This document shows, in pieces, positions 16,518 through 25,193 of a stretch of 28,946 nucleotides of DNA. The translations under genes were made by a program, and so were the position numbers. Every line of letters starts with the position of its first letter. The stretch's first letter is position 1. The notes beneath the pieces are model-generated. The model worked only from the letters and a program-made list of their open reading frames with translations, was not told where the DNA came from and ran no database searches. Origin of the DNA: a virus (lineage: Duplodnaviria > Caudoviricetes); IMG/VR virus record IMGVR_UViG_3300022178_001367, positions 1-28,946 of that record. One strand, written 5' to 3'.

Positions 16518-19500
16518 ATGCCTGAAACTGTACAAACCTTTGCCCAAAGAGTAAAAGAGAAAGACCCTAGTTACAGGGGTATGGATGATGCTCGTGTTGT
16601 GTACGATGTACTCAATGAATCTCCTGTATATAGACAAAGGTTTCTACCACAAGAAAGAAGAAACAATATCTTTGGTACTATATTCAGGGAAGCATTACTT
16701 GGATTTGCAGAAACTGGTAGTAAAACAGTAGAAGGTATTGGGTTCAATCTAGCCTCAATGATTGCCTCTGAAACAATGACAGAGGAGGAGTTCAATCAAA
16801 GTGATAAGGCTGGCACAATGTCTTATCAGGACTACAAGGAACACAACGATGAGAGAGTAGAGGTAGAGAACAAGGCTATTGCTCATGCTCAGAATGTAGG
16901 AGACTTTTTTAAAAACTTAACACCAGAGGATACAGCTGGACCACAGGGTACATTTGAAACACTTGTTGGTCAAGTAGCCAGAGGCTTAGGACAATTTGCT
17001 GGATACGCTGCTGCTGGTACTGCTGTTACTGCCGCAGGTACAGCCTTGGGTAGTCCAGTAGGTGGTGCTGCCGCAGCTACTGCTTCCATATATACTATTG
17101 CTACAATGAACAGACAAATGGAGTTCATTGATGATGCAGAGAGAACTCTTGGTAAAAATATCACAGAGATGTCTGCTGATGAGAAGGACAAGATTACAAA
17201 GGGTAGTCTTGGCTATGGTGCAATAACAGGTGCGCTTGACGCAACAGTATTTAAATATGTTGCTGGTATGCCCAATGCCCTGAAGTCAGTTCTTCAAAAA
17301 GCAAAGATAGGAAAGCCAGTATCTGAGAAGTTATTTAAGTCAGCACTTGCACAAGCATCAAGCAACGCACTCAAGAGAGGTGCAGCAGAAGGTTTACAAG
17401 AATCTATTGGTGATGGTATGACACTAGACATCATGGCTAAGAACCTTTACGATGAAGAAAGAAAGTTCATCACAGGTGATGCCCTTGGTCGCAGAATCAT
17501 GGAGTTCACAGTTGGTGGATTAGTCGGTGGTATTGGTTCAGGTATTGGCGATAGTGGCAAATTGCTACAAGGTAAGGCTATCACTCCAGAGGGTCAGCAA
17601 AGACTCAATGACGAGACAGATAGAATCCTTGAGGCAATGCCTAGTGTGGATAGAGAGAAAATCGCTAAAGCTATACTTGATGGAGACCCAAATCCAGAGA
17701 TTACTGTATTTGATTTAAATGGTACACCAGTAAATGTAAAGGTCACAAGCTACGAACAAGATGGAAAGATTGAGGTAGAGACTCAAGATGGTATCAAGCA
17801 AGTCTTAGGAGAAGGAGACTTAGTTGAATACAATAGTCGTAGTCCTGAATACACCTTACAAGTAGAGACAGAGACTGGTAAGCCAGACCAAAAACTTAGT
17901 GACTTATCTTCTCAGGAACTAGACAAAGCTATCAAGGAAAGAGAAGCATATGCTGAAGAGAATGCACAAAGCGAAGACCCTATGTTTGTACAAGGAGTTA
18001 ACAATGCTTTGGGTGATGTGTTTGCTTTGAGAGCAGAGAAGCGCAGAAGGGCTAGACTAGAGAGAGAAGCTGGAAGACCAGTAGAACCAAAGCAGCCTAA
18101 GAAGAAAGCTAAGGATGTGGACCAAACTGGTGGTCAAACATTTACTGTTACATATGTGTCCAAGGAGAGTGGGCTAAAGACTACTACTGAGGTTGTAGCG
18201 AGTTCACTAGAAGAAGCAGAGACACAATTTAGGAATTTATATAAAGATGATATTTCAAGAGATGGTGCTGTAGAGGTTACTGTCAAAGGAAAGCCAGAGC
18301 CAGCTCCAACTGAGCCAGTACCAACTGAGCCAGCTCCAACTGAGCCAGTACCAACTGAGCCAGTACCAGAGCCGACACCTGAAGTTGATTACAGTAATGT
18401 TAAAGTAGGTGACACTATAAAAATTTATGGCGTTACTGGAAAAGAGTCTGATGTTGAAGTAATTGGAGTTTCGGATTCTGGGACTATAAGATTCAGAAGA
18501 AAAGATGGCTCAGAAGGTATAGTAGGATTAGAAACAGACTCTGTTTTATTTAATATAAACTCAACTAACTATACAACTCAAGCGAGAGGAACTGGTTTTG
18601 GTGGTAGAAAAATTTCTGATATGACAGATGCTGAACTAAAAGAGTTAGCTAACATCATTGACGAAAAATTTAAATCAAAGAAAATTCCCAAGGATGGTAA
18701 GGAAGCTACTTCTCTGGAACACCTAGCTGATAGAAATGCTATCAAGTTAGAGCAAAAGAGAAGAAAACAAAAGCCAGAGCCTACTCCACCAGAAACAGAG
18801 ACAACTCCACCAGAACCAGATGTCGAAGAAGGAGAAACAAACCTCAAGCCAAAGATAGTAAAAACATCTGCTGAAACTGGAGGCTATCCTTTATCCAAGA
18901 TAACTATTCGTGGTAAGGATATATTTATTGGTGCTGTGGATGCAGTTGGTGGTGGTAGACATTATCATGTTACGGATGAGGGTGGATTTACTTTCTTGGA
19001 GCTAGATGGTGAAACAAAAACAGAGGATACATTTTTATTTTTACCAAGAACTAGGAAAGAACTCATAGAAGAACTTAAGAAGTTCTATAAGGTAGGTGAG
19101 CCAACTAAAAAAGCACCAAAGAAAACAGCCCCAAAGCCAGAGCCTACTACAACAGATAGACCAGAGCTAGATGTTGGTACGCCTCTTGACCCAATCCCTG
19201 AAGAGAAGTTTGATGAACCAGAACTTAGTCTTGTTGAAAGAGAAATCAATGAGGCAAATGTAATTAAATTCATTACACAGAAGTTTGGTAACATATTTAA
19301 TTCTGACTTACTTGCATTAGGTGGGACTAAGCTAAGAGTAAAGTTCGTAAGTAAATCACCAAAGGATAGCGGAACTATAGCTGTTTATAAGAGAGTTGAT
19401 GCTTTATTTGACCCAAATAAAGACCAAGTATTTAGCGACAAAGACCATACAATTATATTCTATGTAGATAAATTAATGGAAGGAGGGGACGGAACTCGTG

Positions 19501-22448
19501 GCATAATTAAGACTGTTCGCCATGAGTTGATGCACGCAATCGGTCGTGTTGCTGCTGCAAAGAAAGGTAAGAGCGTCACTAAGTTATACGAAGCAATTAG
19601 CAAGTCCATGACCCCTGACCAAAGAAGATTGATGGACGAACTATACGCTCGTAAGGGATACCAATATAGTAGTGGTCAACATAATGGTAGAGGAGCTGAG
19701 TTTTTTAGAGCAATATTGGAAGAATTTGGATACGGTACTCCTAGTGAGGAAAACTCAAGAAGAAAAGAAATACTCAAGAAAGGTACAGCTTTCGAGAAAG
19801 TTACACAACTTATCAAGGACATACAGTCCTATATCGCAAACTTCTTCAAAGGAGATGTGTTAACAAATCCAGAGGTTGCTACATTGTTTATTGATTCAGT
19901 AAACCTTTTAGCACAACTTGACCCCAAGGCTAGACCAGTTAATCAAAAGCTAGTAGACTTAGTTCGCTCCAGAATATCTCCTAACACAGATACTTTGTAT
20001 GACAATGTAAATGATTATACAAAAAATATGGAGACATTCGTAGATGAGCAGTTGGCTCAAGATGATGGCAAAAAAGTAAAGCACGAACAAGTACCCAAGG
20101 ACACTACAGCAAAGGGTATGAGCTTTGCTTCAAAGTATTTAATACCAGTTGGTCAAGTATTGGGCAACATACATTCTGACTTAGAGAAAGCATTCCATAA
20201 GTATATACAAATCAAGGATGAAAAGATTTTAATAAGACACAGAATGGCTCGTCCTTTCTCTGAGAAGATGAAGGCACTCAAGAAATCTAATGAGGGTGAC
20301 TACATCAAGCTATGGGCATTGATTGCATTTAGTCCAAACGCTACGGAGTCTCGCTATAGTGCAGATGAGCAAAACCAATTCATTGAAGAACGAAATACTT
20401 TACTCAAGAAGTATGGTATGTACAATGAATACCTAGCTACTCGTAAGGTACTAGACAATGTAATGAATGATGCCTTGGATACAGGCATTGAGATTGGATT
20501 CCTTGAGCAATACTTCCCTCGTTATCTAAACCCAGAGGGCAGAGCTGGATTCCTCAAGAAGTATGCAGGCATAGACAGAAGGACATTCTTGGGAGAGATA
20601 GATGCAGAGAACAAGCGAAGAGCTAATCTCAAGGCAACAAGATATGTACTAAAACTAAACGGAGAAGACATCGGTACATTTGGCAGACGCTCTGCTGCTG
20701 CAACAGCGAGAGCAAGAAGGGCTGCTGAACTAGGAGTAACCGAACAAGATATTGAGATTGTAGCAATGGAGCTACCTGCGCCACAGCCTCCAATAGAAGA
20801 AGGTTCTATACAAGAGGTACAGTTTATACAGAAGTTACTCAATGACCCTAAGTATAGAGGAAAGGGTAAATCAAACTTCCAGAAACAGCGTGTTATTGAA
20901 AAGATTTCAGAGGAAGATACTCAGTATTACTTAGACCCAATGCAGGCATACAGTAATTACATCACACAGATGACTACTACCATTGAGACTGCTAAGTTTG
21001 CTGGAGTCAATCAGCCAGAAGCAAACGCACCAAGCAAGGATAGAATAACAGTTGAGTATGACCCAACATCAGAGCTAGGTAGATTGATTGCAAAACTAGC
21101 TAGAGAGAATCCTGACCCAGAGTTTCAGTCACAACTATACGAATATTTGCCACAAATATATAGGGCAATCATGTCTAAGGGTGCGCAAGAATATCAAGTG
21201 TTAGCTTGGATGCGTCAGTTCAGTTACTTTAGTTTACTTGTTGAGATTACATCTACAATGTCTCAGCTATATGACTTACCATTTATCATGTATGACAATG
21301 GTTTCTTGAACACACTTCGTTCTATGATTGGCAACAAGGAGTTCAATGTAGGAGATTACCTTGACCAAGACAGAATGGTTGAGCAAAACTTTGGTGGAGA
21401 CAAGGATGCAGTATTAATGAAGTTAACAAGTAAAGGACTTCAGCTAACTGGTTTCCGTAAGCTAGACCAAATCATGAAGAACACCACTATGGATGCAAAC
21501 TATAAGAGGTACATGAGACTAGCTAGAGAGTTGAACTTATCTTACTTGAATCCAGATGGTTCAATCAAAGAAGAACACAAGAATAAATTTAATAACAAGC
21601 AAAGAAAGTTCTTAGCTGAACTCAATCAATTCCTAAGTCCAGAGGTTACAAATCCAAATGAACCAATGGAGATGTTGGTTGCATTGAGAACACAGCCAGA
21701 GCAAAGAAGTCAAAGACAACAAGACTTAATCAAGAGTACACTTGTAGCCAAGTTATTCCAGAATCAACCATTGTCTGAACTCCGTATGCCACTAGCTGTA
21801 AGACAAGACCCTAATATGCGTATGTGGTATACCATGAAATCATTTATGATTGTTCAAGTAAATACTGCTCGCAATCTTGCGTTCAACAAGATAGCTCGTG
21901 GACTAAACCAAGCTGTAAGAACTGGAGGCAAGGAAGGTGTAGACGAACTCAGAGAGGGTATGGTTAACTTACTTATACTCATGGGTTACTTCGTAATGCT
22001 TGGTATACCAGTTGACTTTGTAAAAGATATTATTGCAGGACGAGTTGGTTACATCTCTGACTATACATTTAACTCAATGGTTCGTGTAGCTGGTGTAAAT
22101 AAATACTTCTTATACAAAGGACGCAACGAAGGATATGGCACAGCTATCATGAACTTTGCGATGCCTGCACCTTTAGCTGCTGTCATTGATACTGGTGATA
22201 AGATGACTGCTGCATTTGAGAAAGAAGGCTCACCAGCAGAAAAACTTTTCGACTCAGGAATCCTCAAACAGTTACCACTATATGACACATTACATTATGT
22301 AGTACCTGAGCTTCGTGAATACAAAAGAGAGAGAGAACGCTTCTTCATGAAGAGAAGAATGCGTCAGCAAGAAGAGGGATTCATTGGACTCTTTGAGAAG
22401 ATAGAGCCAAGACCTCGCCAAATCACAAGAGACTTACTTGGTATATAA
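16518..22448 (+). CDS. Large polyvalent ejection protein with zincin-like metallopeptidase motif
   Basis: 1976 aa; Gly/Ala-rich membrane-type N-region (EGLQE; GGLVGGIGSG), Pro-rich linkers, HELMH at 19521-19535, YFPR motif, hydrophobic C-terminal helices; last gene of the virion arm. Confidence 0.8.
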   Translation: MPETVQTFAQRVKEKDPSYRGMDDARVVYDVLNESPVYRQRFLPQERRNNIFGTIFREALLGFAETGSKTVEGIGFNLASMIASETMTEEEFNQSDKAGTMSYQDYKEHNDERVEVENKAIAHAQNVGDFFKNLTPEDTAGPQGTFETLVGQVARGLGQFAGYAAAGTAVTAAGTALGSPVGGAAAATASIYTIATMNRQMEFIDDAERTLGKNITEMSADEKDKITKGSLGYGAITGALDATVFKYVAGMPNALKSVLQKAKIGKPVSEKLFKSALAQASSNALKRGAAEGLQESIGDGMTLDIMAKNLYDEERKFITGDALGRRIMEFTVGGLVGGIGSGIGDSGKLLQGKAITPEGQQRLNDETDRILEAMPSVDREKIAKAILDGDPNPEITVFDLNGTPVNVKVTSYEQDGKIEVETQDGIKQVLGEGDLVEYNSRSPEYTLQVETETGKPDQKLSDLSSQELDKAIKEREAYAEENAQSEDPMFVQGVNNALGDVFALRAEKRRRARLEREAGRPVEPKQPKKKAKDVDQTGGQTFTVTYVSKESGLKTTTEVVASSLEEAETQFRNLYKDDISRDGAVEVTVKGKPEPAPTEPVPTEPAPTEPVPTEPVPEPTPEVDYSNVKVGDTIKIYGVTGKESDVEVIGVSDSGTIRFRRKDGSEGIVGLETDSVLFNINSTNYTTQARGTGFGGRKISDMTDAELKELANIIDEKFKSKKIPKDGKEATSLEHLADRNAIKLEQKRRKQKPEPTPPETETTPPEPDVEEGETNLKPKIVKTSAETGGYPLSKITIRGKDIFIGAVDAVGGGRHYHVTDEGGFTFLELDGETKTEDTFLFLPRTRKELIEELKKFYKVGEPTKKAPKKTAPKPEPTTTDRPELDVGTPLDPIPEEKFDEPELSLVEREINEANVIKFITQKFGNIFNSDLLALGGTKLRVKFVSKSPKDSGTIAVYKRVDALFDPNKDQVFSDKDHTIIFYVDKLMEGGDGTRGIIKTVRHELMHAIGRVAAAKKGKSVTKLYEAISKSMTPDQRRLMDELYARKGYQYSSGQHNGRGAEFFRAILEEFGYGTPSEENSRRKEILKKGTAFEKVTQLIKDIQSYIANFFKGDVLTNPEVATLFIDSVNLLAQLDPKARPVNQKLVDLVRSRISPNTDTLYDNVNDYTKNMETFVDEQLAQDDGKKVKHEQVPKDTTAKGMSFASKYLIPVGQVLGNIHSDLEKAFHKYIQIKDEKILIRHRMARPFSEKMKALKKSNEGDYIKLWALIAFSPNATESRYSADEQNQFIEERNTLLKKYGMYNEYLATRKVLDNVMNDALDTGIEIGFLEQYFPRYLNPEGRAGFLKKYAGIDRRTFLGEIDAENKRRANLKATRYVLKLNGEDIGTFGRRSAAATARARRAAELGVTEQDIEIVAMELPAPQPPIEEGSIQEVQFIQKLLNDPKYRGKGKSNFQKQRVIEKISEEDTQYYLDPMQAYSNYITQMTTTIETAKFAGVNQPEANAPSKDRITVEYDPTSELGRLIAKLARENPDPEFQSQLYEYLPQIYRAIMSKGAQEYQVLAWMRQFSYFSLLVEITSTMSQLYDLPFIMYDNGFLNTLRSMIGNKEFNVGDYLDQDRMVEQNFGGDKDAVLMKLTSKGLQLTGFRKLDQIMKNTTMDANYKRYMRLARELNLSYLNPDGSIKEEHKNKFNNKQRKFLAELNQFLSPEVTNPNEPMEMLVALRTQPEQRSQRQQDLIKSTLVAKLFQNQPLSELRMPLAVRQDPNMRMWYTMKSFMIVQVNTARNLAFNKIARGLNQAVRTGGKEGVDELREGMVNLLILMGYFVMLGIPVDFVKDIIAGRVGYISDYTFNSMVRVAGVNKYFLYKGRNEGYGTAIMNFAMPAPLAAVIDTGDKMTAAFEKEGSPAEKLFDSGILKQLPLYDTLHYVVPELREYKRERERFFMKRRMRQQEEGFIGLFEKIEPRPRQITRDLLGI
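18297..18368 (+). repeat. Coding tandem repeat, 15-bp unit GAGCCAG(CT/TA)CCAACT x about 4.8 (EPAPT/EPVPT)
   Basis: Read directly from the sequence; includes an exact 30-bp duplication 18297-18326 / 18327-18356. Confidence 0.9.
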
Positions 22449-22476
22449 ACAAAGGGCTACCATTACTGATAGCCCT
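22447..22476 (-). terminator. Rho-independent terminator (unit 1)
   Basis: Minus strand AGGGCTATCA-GTAA-TGGTAGCCCT-TTGTTT; GNRA loop, and the G-U pair forms only on the minus strand. Confidence 0.75.
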
Positions 22477-22517
22477 CTGAAACCATTTAACTACATAACC
22501 AGAACTGCTGGCTACTC
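22447..22517 (-). ncRNA. Candidate small RNA 1 (about 70 nt)
   Basis: Upstream TTGACG (22545-22550) and weak -10 CAATAT (22523-22528), own terminator, shares four collinear motifs with unit 2; no convincing ORF. Confidence 0.45.
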
Positions 22518-22551
22518 TTTTGATATTGAATACAAATATGTGTGCGTCAAT

Positions 22552-22597
22552 AAAAAAAAGCCCCACTTGGTACAAACAATTGAAACCAAGTAGGGCT
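22552..22597 (-). terminator. Rho-independent terminator (unit 2 / end of replication arm)
   Basis: Minus strand AGCCCTACTTGGT-13 nt loop-ACCAAGTGGGGCT followed by a T-run. Confidence 0.85.
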
Positions 22598-22667
22598 ACC
22601 ACACATTTGAGGATTTAACTAAGAACTATGACATTCTTTGTGGGCATTACTGCTGGCACTTACCTCA
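22552..22667 (-). ncRNA. Candidate small RNA 2 (about 115 nt)
   Basis: Perfect TATAAT at 22674-22679 (minus), TTTGAGG/CCTCAAA inverted repeat (22606-22612/22663-22669), strong terminator. Confidence 0.5.
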
Positions 22668-22693
22668 AAATATATTATACACTATGCTACAAT

Positions 22694-22873
22694 TTATTTT
22701 CCCTCTAGTTCTTGTAGCAAACTTTTGAAGTGCTTCTTGTTTTCTTGTAGCTCCTTGCGTCTTTCCTCAAGAATTGCTATCCGATGGGAGAGAGTGCGAG
22801 ACTCTTCTCGAATCATATTGATTCGTGTTTGTAACCTTTCGGTCGTATTAGTTTTTATTTGTTGTGCATCCAT
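22694..22873 (-). CDS. 59-aa coiled-coil protein (below ORF-track cutoff)
   Basis: MDAQQIKTNTTERLQTRINMIREESRTLSHRIAILEERRKELQENKKHFKSLLQELEGK; starts 2 nt after the DnaB stop. Confidence 0.75.
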   Translation of the reverse strand: MDAQQIKTNTTERLQTRINMIREESRTLSHRIAILEERRKELQENKKHFKSLLQELEGK

Positions 22874-22875
22874 GA

Positions 22876-24165
22876 TTAATAAAAAATACCATATGTAGAG
22901 TAAAACTTAAAGAATCCTCTGACTCCTCTTTCTCCTTCTCTGTTCTTACCAATAACATAATTGATGTGCATATAAGTTCCTTTATCATCTGTAAACTTAG
23001 CTGACTCAGGGTCATTGTCTTTACAGTTCATAATTAAAACAATGTCTGCATCATTTTCAATACTGCCACTATCTTTTAAATGATACAGGTCAGGCTTGTC
23101 TGCTCTTGCTCCCTCACGATTTAGCTGAGACAAAAGAATAATAGCCACATCATTCTCAAGAGCTATCTGTTTTATCTTCTGAGAAATCATAGCAATCCCA
23201 TCTGCCTTGCCCATTCTGCCTGCGTCAAATGGTATAAGTTGTAGATAATCTATAACCACTAGCTTGATACCATGTTCCTTCTTATATCTACGGACATCAC
23301 TAGCTATTTGATTCACACTTTTTACTGTATGAATTGTGTGCATTGGCATCTCATTTAATTTGTCTATGGCTTTGTGTACCTTAGATAGTGTTTTATGGGA
23401 CGCTACTGCCTCTTCAATCTGTTTTGTATTTGATTTGGACATCGCACCTATCATCCGTTTTGTAAGCTGTTTCTGAGGCATCTCTAGGCTGAATACGAGC
23501 GTTGGTGTTTTGTCCTTTGAGCAACTTCGCATTGCAATGTTTAGACTGAGTGCAGATTTTCCTACACTTGTTGGGGCAGCGATTGTGAAAACACATCCTA
23601 ATTCTAATTTAATCTTTTCGTCTAAGTGGGGTAAGTGAGTGAGTATGTATTCGTGCTTGAACTCGCCTTTAGCCATTGCATCAAACTCATCTTTGATTAC
23701 AGACAGGGAGTTCTGAATGTGTGTTACTTCTTTTTCTCTTGGCTTGAATCCATCCAGTTCTTTCTGAATGCAATCTTCTATTGCTTGTGGGTCTGCGTCT
23801 TCTTGTATCTTATCGAGAGCATTCATATACTCTCTACGCATTGCACGAAGCCTAGACTTCTTGAGAACAATATCAATATAGTTCATCAAGGCTAACCCTG
23901 ATTGCATCTTATCGGCTATTTGCATAGTCGTAAATCGCATATCAGGATTCTTAGAAGCAACCCTTTCGGTTACTGTAATTAAGTCAATCGCTGTTGACTC
24001 ACTTGAAAGTTCGCACATTGATTCCCATATTAGTTGATGGTCGTCAAAGTAAAAGTCTTTGGGATTAAGTAGTGGTTGTGCTTTTTCAAATGTGTTTTGT
24101 TCTATTCCGTTAATGCAACAAGAGAGTATGGCTTCTTCTGCATCTTGATTATGTGGTATCTCCAT
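22876..24165 (-). CDS. dnaB: Replicative DNA helicase, DnaB family
   Basis: PHNQDAEEAIL N-domain, Walker A AAPTSVGKS, FSLEM, VVIDYLQL, LSQLNR, LKDSGSIENDAD, KNREG. Confidence 0.95.
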   Translation of the reverse strand: MEIPHNQDAEEAILSCCINGIEQNTFEKAQPLLNPKDFYFDDHQLIWESMCELSSESTAIDLITVTERVASKNPDMRFTTMQIADKMQSGLALMNYIDIVLKKSRLRAMRREYMNALDKIQEDADPQAIEDCIQKELDGFKPREKEVTHIQNSLSVIKDEFDAMAKGEFKHEYILTHLPHLDEKIKLELGCVFTIAAPTSVGKSALSLNIAMRSCSKDKTPTLVFSLEMPQKQLTKRMIGAMSKSNTKQIEEAVASHKTLSKVHKAIDKLNEMPMHTIHTVKSVNQIASDVRRYKKEHGIKLVVIDYLQLIPFDAGRMGKADGIAMISQKIKQIALENDVAIILLSQLNREGARADKPDLYHLKDSGSIENDADIVLIMNCKDNDPESAKFTDDKGTYMHINYVIGKNREGERGVRGFFKFYSTYGIFY

Positions 24166-24319
24166 CTAGTTTTTCAGTTGTAGTGTGTAGTGTGGTAAGT
24201 AATTGCCCTAAGAATTTAAAGAGTAAAGCATCTGCTTCAGATTTATTTTTGAAATCAATATTGTTGTAAGTGTCAAGTGCTACAGTTGTGGCTTCTTTAA
24301 TTTCTTTAGGCATAGTCAT
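24149..24319 (-). CDS. 56-aa hypothetical protein
   Basis: MTMPKEIKEATTVALDTYNNIDFKNKSEADALLFKFLGQLLTTLHTTTEKLDGDTT; fills the gap between terminator and dnaB, overlapping the dnaB start. Confidence 0.6.
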   Translation of the reverse strand: MTMPKEIKEATTVALDTYNNIDFKNKSEADALLFKFLGQLLTTLHTTTEKLDGDTT

Positions 24320-24323
24320 AAGA

Positions 24324-24359
24324 TAAAAATGCTAGGCTGGCAGAGAGTACCAACCTAGC
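24324..24359 (-). terminator. Internal terminator/attenuator upstream of dnaB
   Basis: Minus strand GCTAGGTTGGTA-CTCTC-TGCCAGCCTAGC-ATTTTTA; 12-bp stem with two G-U pairs. Confidence 0.7.
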
Positions 24360-24372
24360 GTGTTATTAATTG

Positions 24373-24762
24373 TTAGAAAGTATTTTTTTGGATTTGCTTT
24401 TCTCTCTCAAGCATACCCATAGCTAGAAGACAATATCCAGCAATGTCAAAGAATATATCTTTAGTTGTGTCATTGCCTTCTGTAACTTCTAGTTTACCAT
24501 CTTTCGCAAATGTCATGGCTCTCTGAAACTTATCCTGCATCCTAATGCACAGACCGACAAGGGGTTGCACACCGAAGTCTTGGCTTCGGTCAAAGTTTGC
24601 AAATGGATTAGTGTTCGTTGTACCAGTAGTATAGTCATTGTTCTTCTTAGCTGTTACATCAAGAAGTTCTTGGACTATCTGTTCCCTGAACTCATCATAC
24701 CAATCTTTGTCATAGTATTTTTCGTTATCAGGTGCTATCGAATTGCGTGGAGGAGCTTGCAT
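24373..24762 (-). CDS. DUF1599 / nucleotide-modification-associated domain protein
   Basis: KKNNDY...NPFANF...IRMQDKFQR...DIFFDIAGYCLL motif pattern. Confidence 0.7.
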   Translation of the reverse strand: MQAPPRNSIAPDNEKYYDKDWYDEFREQIVQELLDVTAKKNNDYTTGTTNTNPFANFDRSQDFGVQPLVGLCIRMQDKFQRAMTFAKDGKLEVTEGNDTTKDIFFDIAGYCLLAMGMLEREKQIQKNTF

Positions 24763-24992
24763 TAGAATGGGTCTTCCTCAGTTGCTGGTGCTTCTTTCGG
24801 AGCATCCTTCGCTGTTACAGATAAAGAAACAAACTTCATTCCTGCCTTGGAACTTTTCTTCCATCCCTTAATCCAGTATTCTTTTCCATCAACATTGATG
24901 TTTCCTCTGAAGTCAGGATGTGTTTCTTTTTCTTTTCTATCATTGGGGAACAATGCTCCACCATTAGTATTATCATAGGTTTTTTCTGCCAT
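24762..24992 (-). CDS. DUF736-like single-stranded DNA-binding protein
   Basis: GALFPNDRKEKETHPDFRG...YWIKGW...FVSLSV and SSB-like acidic tail EEDPF. Confidence 0.75.
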   Translation of the reverse strand: MAEKTYDNTNGGALFPNDRKEKETHPDFRGNINVDGKEYWIKGWKKSSKAGMKFVSLSVTAKDAPKEAPATEEDPF

Positions 24993-25004
24993 AATGTGTA
25001 TTGA

Positions 25005-25193
25005 TTATTTAATGTTATTGTTAATAAAATCTTCTATCTCAGAGCGTCTGAAACGAAAACATCTTTGTGAGAGTTGATATGTGGGAAACTTCTTAGCTTT
25101 CACATAGCTTCGTAAAGAAGTCATGTTGACTCCTAGTATTTCACAAGCCTCCTTGGGCTTGATTAAAGGTTCGCAGGCTTTAGTTAAATCCAT
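25005..25193 (-). CDS. Excisionase/AlpA-like winged HTH protein
   Basis: LIKPKEACEILGV...FRFRRSEIEDFI HTH_17 pattern. Confidence 0.8.
   Translation of the reverse strand: MDLTKACEPLIKPKEACEILGVNMTSLRSYVKAKKFPTYQLSQRCFRFRRSEIEDFINNNIK

Noticed and set aside
18297-18368. CRISPR or regulatory repeat
   Set aside because: Contiguous in-frame 15-bp units without spacers, encoding a Pro-rich linker
1023-22288. Numerous short antisense and alternate-frame ORFs inside long virion genes
   Set aside because: Fully nested in well-supported genes, with shadow-frame composition and no start context
22450-22690. Mini-CRISPR array
   Set aside because: Shared motifs are only 6-10 bp with unequal spacing; no 25-40 bp repeat-spacer pattern
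22638-22898. + strand 86-aa ORF in the track
   Set aside because: Antisense shadow of the minus-strand coiled-coil gene 22694-22873, which is coupled to dnaB
22876-24165. Intein in DnaB
   Set aside because: 429 aa with contiguous helicase motifs; no insertion
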